This document shows, piece after piece, positions 36,101 through 46,392 of a stretch of DNA of 46,392 nt. The stretch's first letter is position 1. The number at the start of each line of letters is the position of its first letter. A model generated the notes under the pieces. It had not been told where the DNA came from, did no database searches, and saw nothing but the letters and a program-made list of their open reading frames with translations. Source of the stretch: Spirogloea muscicola (Eukaryota). Position numbers and translations under genes: made by a program. The stretch covers positions 487,634-534,025 of the forward strand of contig WELB01000006.1 of NCBI GenBank assembly GCA_009602725.1, given 5' to 3'.

Positions 36101-39100
36101 CAATCAGCGGCGAAGACCTCATCCTCCTTCTCAAGGAACTCGACCAGGACAGGGTGGTCTCTCTGGGAGAGCAAGGGGTGGAGCTGGCCTTGAAGACAGT
36201 GAAGGAGGGTGCTTTGTCAGGCGTTCATCCAGTAGCTCACTCAGTAGGATGGCAGCAACTAAGAAGTTGGATTGGGTAAGTATCACATTTGAGCCCAAGG
36301 GTCTGGAACATGCTCAGTAGATGCACTTTCCCTCAGAAATGTCAATCATCTTATGTCTGATGCTCCTTTGGTAGCTTACTCTTATTTACAGCTGATTTCT
36401 TAGAGTTACCATACTGACTTGAATCGATTCAGTGAGACACTGACTGGGCGCATGGAGAAGGCATGGGGGCCCCTGCACAAGTACCGTGGCATTTGCACAG
36501 ATGCAGACGGGAAAAGTGTGGTCAGTGGTCTCCAGCTAGGAAACGTCTGGTATGTTTTTTGAAGGTCAAGCACTGCTGCTGCTATGCTGTCTTGTTTGCT
36601 TCTATCATCTGAAATAATGGGCTAGCTCGTTGGCAACACGATATCAAAGTACCGCTATCTCCCGTGGTCTCGCTGTTGGCCATATGCTAAGCTCACCTTC
36701 ACATGTCACCCTGTGGGAGCACAGTCTTATTCTGCACTATGAGTAGCACTGATACTGCTATATCAACATGACAGCGTTGATGGTGGTCGTGCTCAGGATT
36801 GGTGTGCAGCCGCTTCTGGGCCTTGAGGGCGACCCCATGCGTCTCCTATTTGAGAGAGACCTCACGCCACATCCACAGGCATGTAATCTGCTCTCTCAGA
36901 CATTACCCGAAGCAATCTACAGGAGCCTGTTGACAGACTGCAGCACAATCCCAAGTCCCAGTGCTCAGTATCGTGTGCCCTTCTCTGTGCAGTACGCAGC
37001 ATTCTACAAGTGGTTGCAGAATGAGTTCAGGGCAGACGCCCTGATACACTTTGGGATGCATGGGACTGTAGAATGGTTGCCAGGCTCCCCTCTGGGAAAT
37101 ACTGGCTACTCCTGGTCTGATGTTCTGATGGGCAACATTCCAAATTTGTAAGCAATGACACATCAAGCCAGACACAATTGGCCTTCCTTCCTTCAGCCTG
37201 GTCACAAGCTGCAGTACTTTGCCAAATGCTTGTGCCAAATACTTGGCACAAGCATTTGGTAAAGTATTCTATAGCTTGTTGTATCTTCATAGCTCCACCT
37301 TGACGTCCTTGGCATTGTTCTATGGCATGCTATTGTGGCCATAATGCGTCATGGCAATGATAGTATCTAGCTTTTGACAACTGCAGGTATGTCTACGCAG
37401 CAAACAACCCCTCAGAGTCCATTGTTGCAAAAAGGAGGGGTTATGGCACCATCATCTCATATAATGTTCCACCCTATGGGAGAGCTGGCCTTTACAAGGA
37501 GCTTGCCTCACTTCGTGAGCTGGTATGTGCAGCATCAGGCTTTGTGGTCTTTGGACTGATTCTCTGTGCAGTCGGCTGTGCTGACAATCAAGACCTGAAT
37601 TCTCGGCCACTTGCAGACTTTCTTGACTTGTTTGTGTGCATCTCATGTGTAAGAGAAGGTACACAATTACAGCACATATGCAGGCACCTCAAGGTAGCCC
37701 CTCGTGGTTGCATGCAGATAAGCGAGTCCCGCGAGGATCCAACCAAGAATGAGGCCTTAAAACCTGTCATCATCTCCACTCTCCTCTCATCTGGACTCCA
37801 GAGCGACTGCCCTTTCCGAGAAGCTTCATCAGCAGGAGGGCAGTCCTATATGCTGACAAACCCAGAGGAGGAGGTTGACACTACAGAGTTTGATGCATAC
37901 TTGGGCAGGCTTCAGAGCTACTTGGTACAGCAAGCTTGATAGACCTGTTCACAGGGGATTGCTAATAGTATGCTGTGACAAGAAGGACTAACTCTGTTTG
38001 TGCATGTTGTTGTACCCCACACAACCGCATTGTCTCGTTTGACCACCACTGTGTCATGTGCTAGCTGTGCAACTGCTGTTGTATTTCCATTGCATCAAGG
38101 CTCCTTTAATTTCGATTCCACTTCGATGGCATGCATATATATCATGTCGCACACTGCTCTTCTTTGTGCATAGGCTGTTATTGAGAGTCGTCTTTTCTCT
38201 GAAGGCCTTCATACCCTTGGTGAACCACCTTCTGAGGCGCAGGTAAATATCCAGACTACTATGGCTCATAACGTTCCATTGGCAGCTTACATCACTGTAG
38301 TTGCCACATGATTCAGGAGGTGAATTGTAAGCCGTGAATAAGCCATGAGCCCTGCAACACTGCATAAGTTGTTGTGCCTTAGGGGTCAAACAGTATGTGT
38401 TTCTTACGTGAGCAAATGGGTTACTGATGAATCAAGTGATTACCACCTGCTAAGCAAAGGTGACTAAAGATGACTATGTGGATTTTTGAATCTGCGGGCT
38501 CTGCCAGACGAGCCAGTACTTGAGTGCCTACTTTGGAGATGACATCCAGGAGGAAGTCGTAGAGGCGGTTTCCACTACTTCCGGGACCACAGCTGAGGTA
38601 ATATGTCAAGTGCTGATAGTGCATGTCACCTGCTCTGTTAGCTTGTTGTTGTTGGCACACTGGCAACGTTTGATGAGATTGACAATGTACAGTCCTTTAT
38701 GGGGTTCAACCTGCAGACAGATGTGCAAGATTTATATATTGTGCAAGATTTCATGCTGTGTGCACAAAATGTAGGTGAGGAGAAAGTTGGAAGAGCTCTT
38801 CCTCCAGAGCAATGACAGATATCAAATCCGAAGCGAAAGCTTAGACAAGAGGATGGAGGATGCGGTGATGATCAGGGATCTGCTGCAGCAGAATACGGAT
38901 GAGATGACAAACTTGATCAAAGGTCTCAATGGTAGGCTTTGTACACCAGCAACTTAAAGCAGTCCTCATACTCTTCTTTTTTTCTGGGCTGGCCTCTCAC
39001 AGCCGCCGCCCTCTCCTGGAAGCGTCCTTCTCTCAAACTTAGTCCTTTTCTGACTACACTCTGCTGCTTTGAAGTGTTCCATCAGTACTACTTGCTTTGT

Positions 39101-42100
39101 TGATCCGGTTGAAGAGGTCTTGCTTCTTTGTTCAAACAGAAAGATGTCTCTTGCTTCTTAGTTCTCACCGCTTTGTACTTCTGAGTCTTAAGTATCTATC
39201 TCTGTCCGTTTCCTAGGTGATTATGTGCCGTCAGCTGTGGGTGGGGACCTTCTCAGAGATGGACCAGGCGAGCACTCTCGCAATTGCAGCAGCTTTTCTG
39301 TTCAGCTTATCACCACAAACCCCCTGCACATGCATCCCTGAGAAGCACCGTACATGCAAGTATTAGTCAATAAGCTAGAGGTTTGAGCTCAGATGAGGAT
39401 TAGTGGTGTCGTTGCTGGCAGGTGTACTGCCAACTGGTCGAAACATCCATGCCCTTGACCCATACCGAATGCCTTCAGCAGGTAGTCTACCATGCCATGT
39501 ACTTCGCTCTTCCTGTTAGGATGTGTCAATTGTTTGACTCTGCACCGCTGTGCCCTTGACAGTCACCGGCTCTTAACATACTGCAATAAGACAGAGGTTT
39601 ACGCTTGTTGACGTTGCAATAGCAGACATGCATTGTGATTTATCAGAGTATGTCACCGGCCTTATCAGCGGCCTCATACATCGAGAAGTCACATGCATGT
39701 CCTTTTTGCAAGTCTGACCCTGTCCTGTGAGCTTTGCCTGGGCTCCTTATTGCGCGTGGCCTTGCCAGCTGCCTGGGAAAGGGGATGTGCCTTGGCAAGC
39801 AACATCATAGATCAGCACAGAGAGCAGAATGGCGGACAGTATCCAGAAACAATAGCAGTCATGCTCTGGGGCTTGGATGCCATCAAAGTAAGGGCCAGAG
39901 CTCTTTGCAGTCTGTTGTTGTCCAATATTTTCTGCAGAAAAGTGCCATGTAAGCAAGGAGCATTGGGGCCAACTAAGACGAGCCTCAGAATATGTGCAAT
40001 TTTGATGTTCAAGTTGGGTTAGCTCCATGCAGTATATGGTAGTCGTCCCTTGTCATTAGTGTCATCCACCAGAGGCAGGTACTTAAAGCTCATACTGTGT
40101 GACTCGTTCATGCTGGCAGACAAGAGGCGAGTCTGTTGCCATTGCCTTGGCATTGGTGGGAGCTTACCCTGTCAGAGAGGTCAGTTTGCAGGCAGCATGT
40201 CCCTGAAGGTGACACCATCTCTAGTACGACTGACTGAGCAGAGTTGTGGAAGGCACAGTACATCTTGGATTGCATCAGGAGGCTCCTTGCTTTTGCTGTG
40301 ACAAGATGCTGAACAGTTGCATGCTGTCAAATGAGCAGGGCACAGGCAGAGTAGTGAGGTTTGCGCTTACGCCACTGGAGGAGTTGAAAAGGCCTCGTGT
40401 TGACGTCCTTGCTAACATGTCTGGCATCTTTCGGGACAGGTATCACATTCACCTTCATTTACTGTTTCCAGCATCCCTCTTGTCCTTCTTTGGAAGCTTT
40501 TCAATATATTGTCTTGAATGTGTGCAAAGGGCATGAATGGTGCACCTGTACTGCTCAATCGATCTCAGGGCTTTCGAGTCATCAGAGCCTGCATGTAATT
40601 GTTTTGTGCTAGCTGTGCAGCTTTGCCAATGTAGTTGAGTTGCTGGATGATCTCTTCCAGCGGGCGGGCGAGGCAGATGAGCCTTCTGAGATGAATTTTG
40701 TACGAAAGCACTCCTTAGCGCTTAAGGTATCCTTTGGTTCCTGGTCTGTTCCTCAACACGTTGAAGCTCCTGCTGGTGTATGCGATGATTCCAAGGAGAT
40801 CTGACTTGGCAGTCTTGGTCTGGAGAACTGTCATTCTCATGCAATTTTCCGCATGCTTGTGATACATGAGAAGACATGGTGTCAAGCATGGTTCTGGTTC
40901 TTGAGAGCATGCCAGTTGTTGCCGTGGTCTGTAAAATCTTGAGCTCAAAGCATTTCTTATTCTCTCCCCCTCCCAATGTCAGGCGCAGGGTGTTGAGGTT
41001 CCAACGGCTCGTATATTCTCCAATCCGGCTGGTGACTATGGTTCGATGGTGAATGAGAGAGTTGGAGCTGCAGACTGGTGAGCCGCTTGTCTTGTGGTGT
41101 CCACTGTAGCTCAACAAAGCAGGGCCAGCAATCAGTGCACTTCATGCAGGAGACAAGTATTTTTTACAAGACCAAACATTTTAGCTTTTACTGCACAGGG
41201 AAAGCGGAGCCGAGCTTGGTGAGACTTGGCAGTCACGAAATAGCTTCAGCTATGGCAGGGGGGATCGAGGCACTGCCCGACCAGAGGTTAGTCACAATAA
41301 GCGTTGAATTACGAATCAGATATTGATATCTTCCATCAGGTGACATCAGGTGACTCACTGATTGCATGTTGCTTTCTGCTTCCAGATTACTAATTTTGCT
41401 TTTTCTGGTATATGTTCACTCCTGACGCACTGTCTGCCCATGTGATCTTCCAGGTTCTCCAAGAACTCCTCAGAACAACGGATCGAATTGTACAGGAGAT
41501 CGACAGCGTCGAATACGGCCTGACTGACATACAGGTGAGCTAAACTGATTAGCTTCATTGCAAAACACAAGCTGGCAGGATAGAGCAAGGTGATCGAAGT
41601 TCTAATGAGCATTGAGAATCTTGTTTGTGTGATAATCAATCAGCAGCAAGCGCTTTCCTCGTGGATTGGGATGATGTTCTGCTGAAGTAGACTCAATTAT
41701 ATCCTCATCATTTGCTTGGGACAGGAGTACTATGCAAATACTGGGGCAATGAAGAGTGCAGCAGAGACAGCTCGCTCAGGAAGAGAGGTGCAGTACATTG
41801 CCTGGTCAACTGCCTCGCAACTGTCTTTTGCGTGACAGCTGCGGGTGCCTTGTATGGCAACGGATGTGCTGTGCATACCAAGTCACTGCATATTGTTGTG
41901 CATGATGTGACAGGTGTCTTGCAGTGTTGTCGAGACTTATGGAAAGGACCTTATGCCTCGTGACTTGAAGTCCACTCTCAAGATTGAGTATCGATCCAAG
42001 GTAACAACGGCGTAGCAATGCGCGAAGCTTACAGCTTCAGGAAGAAGAGCTTGCGAGATTGCATTGCACTAATTTGACCTGCTGCTATTGGATGCTTAGC

Positions 42101-43121
42101 AGCATTGAGTGTATTCGTGTGCACTGACATGGTACCGTCTGAGCCTCACATCCAGACATGTACGTCTACCTATGCTGCCAGCAACCACAAGCATCTTGGC
42201 TCTGGAATCTAACATTTCTGCCTCACTTGTCAGCTTCTAAATCCGAAGTGGGCAGAGAAGATGGCTGCAGCTGGCTCAGGTGGTGCTTATGAGATTTCTC
42301 AGGTGCTTCTCTGTACTGGGAGAGTGCACCAATAGCACATCAACAGTTGATGAGCCTTGATGAGCCAGCTAAGGCAGATTAATGTTCTGTCGATCCATGG
42401 GGTACACTAGATGGTTTGCTACACAGAAGAATTTGAGCACATGCCAACATGTGGCATAAGTCCAGCCATACGATGCGCATGTTTGCTGAGTGGAGGATTC
42501 AACCACGCAGTTCACAAGCATCTGCTGCTTATCTCTCCAGAGAATGACTGCGCTGCTTGGCTGGGGAGGGACTGCAAATTTTAGGGAGGATTGGGTCTAC
42601 AACCAGGTTTGGCTGTCCTCTCGTGCTGGTATGATCTGCTCGTGATCTCTTGCTGCTGGCTACAACATGCAGACATTTTGGGCTAGAGCATAGAAAGTGA
42701 GATGGAATCCTCACTGCGCTGACAGGCCTCAGAGACCTACACGTTGGATGACAAGATGGCTGCTCAGCTTAGGAAGAACAACCCTCAGGTATGCCTCTGA
42801 CATGGTAGAACTAGCTTAAGTTGGGCATGCATAAGGAATGGTTCGCTGCTCTTGCAAGCTCTGCAGTTGTCGACTTTGGAGGTATAGATTCCTCCTGAGT
42901 GTCAGCGCCTCTGAAATGGGGTTACCGGTCAGTATTCTTTATTCATTGTTACCACCCATTCATTACACGGCCTGCAGGCATTTCAAAACATCGTGAAGAG
43001 GATGTTGGAGGCAGCTGGCCGTGGCCTGTGGGAGAACCCGGACCCTTCCACACTTGAGAGGTTGCGAAATCTCTATGCTGAAGTGGACGAGGAGCTAGAG
43101 GGAGTAAAGCAACTTGCCTAG
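30114..43121 (+). CDS. CHLH2: Magnesium chelatase H subunit, CHLH2/cyanobacterial BchH-like paralogue, plastid-targeted, ~40 exons
   Basis: IVLISGFESFNVELYKK, ADVFFGSLLFDYDQ, YLSFLKIGPKLLRFVPG, VAVLLYRKHVIT, TIGFPLVGGPAGTMEGGRQ, LYALPELDGAID, YGFPPGVGATGTAALLNVP, GVQPLLGLEGDPMRLLFERDLTPHPQY, HFGMHGTVEWLPG, YVYAANNPSES, LPTGRNIHALDPYRMP, LWGLDAIKT, DVLANMSGIFRD, YAEVDEELEGVKQLA* (43119-43121). Exon 1 looks like a transit peptide. Confidence 0.93.
38973..39031 (+). mobile_element. Solo 59-bp CRE tail in a CHLH2 intron
   Basis: GGGCTGGCCTCTCACAGCCGCCGCCCTCTCCTGGAAGCGTCCTTCT, flanked by CTCATACT / CTCAAACT (possible 8-bp TSD, one mismatch). Confidence 0.75.
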
Positions 43122-43877
43122 TATTCACCATCGTGAGGCAGAATACCTGCGTCCTCCCAACTGCTTGACATTGTTGAGTCCCAGGCTTTTGACTGGAGAG
43201 GCCCGTCAAGTCAACTGCCTTCGTGGGGCACAGCTGCGAAGTGCTAATAGAATCAGGACCTCAAGCAGCCCCTTGACGGGCTACCATATGCCACTCAAGG
43301 ATGGAGCTGCTGTGTAAACGGCGGATGCAGTCAAAGGGGTTGCGCAGAGGAGTGCACCTCCTTGCTACTTCAAAGTGGGTGCCACACAGTAGGTGCCACT
43401 CAGAGAATCAGCTGTGGTGGCAGGACCGTGTAGCGCTGCAGCAGCTACACCATGGTGGGCTTGGGTGGTTGCCACGAGAGGGTGAGCAGACTTGGCTGCA
43501 AGAGCGGGCGTTGTAAGGTGGCTGTGGAAGCCAGCCAAGTGCGCACGCCCACCGGGGAAGTGCTCCCACAAGAGCGGAGGCTGTGATGGCAGCCACCGCT
43601 CGAGAAGGTAGACAGCAGGGAAGAGGTCGGGACTGCAGACGACAGGGCCATCGGGGCCTGCATAGACGGGGCGTGTAGGGGCGCGCAGCAAGAGATGGTG
43701 GTCGTCGATACCGGACGTGGTTGCGGAGGCCAGCGGTGTGGGCAAGGTGGTGGGGGCGGAGGCTGTGCCGGCGCCGCTGCTGAAAGCTCTGGGCGTGGAT
43801 GGGCCCTCCCGCTCACACAGCGCTGCTCAGCTTGAGTAGCCGGAGCGAGGCAGAATAATGCGGCTGCTACTAGCATT

Positions 43878-44165
43878 GAGAGAAAGTGGCTCTCCCAAAG
43901 TGGCTCTCGTGTCTGAACTGGCCTCTCACAGCCACCGCCCTCCCCTGGACGCGTCCTTCTTCCCAAAGGGGGCGGGGCTTTGTACTTGTACAGGCCCCTT
44001 CGTAGCTGCTTAGCGCTTTTTAGGCCCCTCCGTCATTTGGCCCCTTCGAACCTTTGTCAATGCTTTTCGGGCTGGCTTTTCACTGCCCTTGCCCCTATTG
44101 GGAGTGCCACTTCGTCTTTGTACAGCCAGCCCGTAAGCAGTTGACGAGGTCCGAAGTGGCAGAAG
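43878..44165. repeat. Array of CRE-tail modules, both orientations
   Basis: Antisense GAGAAAGTGGCTCTCCCAA at 43880. Modules at 43915-43962 (+), 44020-44115 (+, cf. 27936-28012 and 36-110) and 44122-44160 (-). Confidence 0.75.
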
Positions 44166-44593
44166 AAGCGCGCGGCTGTAAAGGAGCGGCCGTGATAACC
44201 AGCCAGGTGCATGCCAAAGAATGTAGATGACTATTGTAACGGAGCCTAGAAGAGCAGAAAGGAAAGGCGGGGAGCGGGCCGCAGGAGTTGGCCCGTGGCA
44301 GCCCCACGCCCACGCGACCCAAGGGAAGGCACGCGATAAGGTGCACGTGACTGCCGCCCAGGCGAAGGTTCGAGGCGCCGGCTGTCAGATCTGCCGTGCC
44401 GGGACGGATCCTCCCTCGGGCGGAGCCTCCCCCAGCGTCCGTACAAGAGGCTTGGTCAACGGCGACCTGCCGCCCCGCGCCTGTCGCCGCGCCGACGCTG
44501 GCGTGTCGGCTTGCGGGCCAGGGGCCCCCGCTCGTGCGAGCGCCGGGAGCGTATCGCCGGGGGGATGCCGTTGGGCCCCGCGGGTCGGCTACT

Positions 44594-44712
44594 CCGGACC
44601 TTGTCAATTCTTCTCGGACTGAGCTGTTCACAGCCCTCGCGCCTTTGGAAGAAGCTTCCCCCAACGAGGGCGGGGGCTGTGAGCAGCCAGCGCGGAAAGT
44701 TGACAAGGTCCG
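44594..44712. repeat. Tail-to-tail pair of CRE-tail modules forming an imperfect inverted repeat
   Basis: CCGGACCTTGTCAA...TCACAGCCC at the left and GGGCTGTGAG...TTGACAAGGTCCGG at the right. Confidence 0.75.
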
Positions 44713-45045
44713 GCAGGGGCCGAGGAAGGGCTCACTTTACTCCTTATTGCCCTACCAAACGCTTTCGGACTCCGAGGCCCGGCACCCACTCCGCTCGCTT
44801 ACCTCCCGCAGCCCCTCCGCCTACCCCGTTCCCCCCAAACCCCCCACCAGCCTCCCGGCCCTCGCTGCCCGTTCCCAGCCACGCTGCCGGCGCCGGCCTG
44901 TCCCAGCCTGCGGCAAACTCTCCAGGCGGGGGCTATCCCTGCCCCGAGCCCAGTGCCCAGTTGCCCAGTCGCCCAGCCGCACCCGCACCTCGGCCGCAGC
45001 CTTGCCTCTTCGGCCCTCCTAGGCCTCCCTCATCTGCCGCTCGCC

Positions 45046-46191
45046 ATGGCTCGCCACGCCGTCGCGCTCCTCGTGCTCGCTGCCTTGGCCGCCTTTGGCG
45101 CCGGCACCGCAGGTCAGCCTTTCCGCATGCAGTCTCGCAGGGTTGCTCTGGTGGCCCTCTGCTCTTCCCTTGCTTGCTGCTGTCGCGACTATGTAAGCAC
45201 ATCTGTCTTACATCTGACAGTGGGAGCTCTCTGTCTGTGCCTTGCGCTCGTCTTCCAGATGCTCAAGCCACTATCCAGTGGAAGTTGGGCCTCAGCAAGA
45301 CAGACTTCAGCAGAACGATCAAGGCTGGACAGAGCGTCACCTGGGTGTGGGCGGATAATAATCCACATGCTATCCAAGGTAGTCCAAACAATCCGACTGA
45401 GCACTTCTCGCTTCTTAGTTGGTAGACGTTGGTAGCCGTTGCCAAGAGTTTTGTAACAACAGAGAGAAGCCGGGAGGTGCGCATGAAAGGAGAAGGGGGT
45501 GAAGCGAGCGACTACGAATGTTATACCAAACAGAGAACCATGTGAATCATGTGAGACTAAGAAGGGTTCTGACGAGGAGTATGCACGGTCCAAACGGACA
45601 GCCAACACATGGTTTGCAGAGGTCGTGCCTCTCTTGACTCCACTCTCCTGTCCCTCCAGATTTGTCTCGCAAGCAGAGCTACACAGGTGCCGGAGGAGGA
45701 TCAAATTTTGTCATCAAGTCTGGCTTCAAGTATACACATGTGTTCAAGACTGCTGGCTCTTACCCGTACCAATGCTACATCCACACGACTAAAATGACAG
45801 GCGTCATCACTGTCTCCGGTACATTGCCTCTGACCTTTGCTACTCGAAGTTAGTCAGTAAATTTAGCCCTTTCTCTTGCCATGGCACAGATTTCAGTGAG
45901 AGACAACCTGATAACTGTGTATCCTTGCTTATTGGGCTGCCTTCACTTGTACAATAGCATGTGCCACAGTGCATGTGGGAGTCGACCAGTGCTCAGAGCA
46001 CGTTGTGATGTGTAAGATGCATTCAGCTTCAGTTTGACTGGCCCCACTAAAACAATTCATATTGCCCTTCAACAGGTGTAGCATCCAAGAAGAGCCCACC
46101 ACCAAAGAAGGGGGTGAAAACGCCTCCAAAAAAGTCCCCTTCTAAGAAGCCCCCTCCAAGAAAGGGCAAGAAGGGGACCAAGCACTTGTAG
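45046..46191 (+). CDS. Secreted cupredoxin (type-1 blue copper) protein with Lys/Pro-rich C-terminal tail; exons 45046-45112, 45259-45378, 45687-45818, 46076-46191
   Basis: Signal peptide MARHAVALLVLAALAAFGAGTA, then TIKAGQSVTWVWADNNPHAI and YTHVFKTAGSYPYQCYIHTTKMTGVITVS (His...Cys-x2-His-x3-Met ligands). Tail KKSPPPKKGVKTPPKKSPSKKPPPRKGKKGTKHL*. All three introns are phase 1, GT-AG. Confidence 0.88.
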
Positions 46192-46392
46192 GCTCTCATG
46201 GAATATAAGCTAGACGATTTTGCAATGTGGTTTGACAATCCATGCAATTGGCAACTTGCAAGCCTTTCTTACATGCTTGTTCATTGTCAGTCAGTCATGC
46301 CATAAGCTACAGGACGACTGCACCGACCAACATCAGAAGAAGAGCACTTCCTTCTGCATTTCTTCTCATCCCCTTCCCCCGCGCCCCCCCCC

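Overview
Nuclear DNA of an intron-rich photosynthetic eukaryote, a green alga (inferred; probably streptophyte-side), using the standard genetic code. I rebuilt eight spliced genes by hand: an orphan ORF (3166-3959,+), NOT3/CNOT3 (4657-11213,-), a Wali7/TSJT1-like DUF3700 protein (12446-14619,-), plastid shikimate kinase (16429-19226,-), plastid RsmD-like methyltransferase (19726-22349,+), LigB/DODA dioxygenase (22728-24423,-), a ~40-exon CHLH2/BchH-type Mg-chelatase H with an extra N-terminal domain (30114-43121,+), and a secreted cupredoxin with a Lys/Pro tail (45046-46191,+). Gene 5' ends lie in GC/CpG-rich islands and gene bodies look CpG-poor. The most striking signal is a family of CRE-like non-LTR retrotransposons (RT, Zn-knuckle, restriction-like endonuclease). 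It is present as at least four ORF relics plus roughly 25-30 extremely short (15-130 bp) 3'-tail copies. The tails carry a GGGCTG..CAGCCC hairpin with apparent pseudoknot covariation and mostly end in (TTC)n. Several have target-site duplications (TSDs), they insert into one another in both orientations, and they stack in arrays beside gene promoters. A 234-bp near-perfect inverted repeat ending in the same tail flanks a 531-N gap. Exon boundaries, family calls and folds come from reading the sequence only and were not searched or computed.
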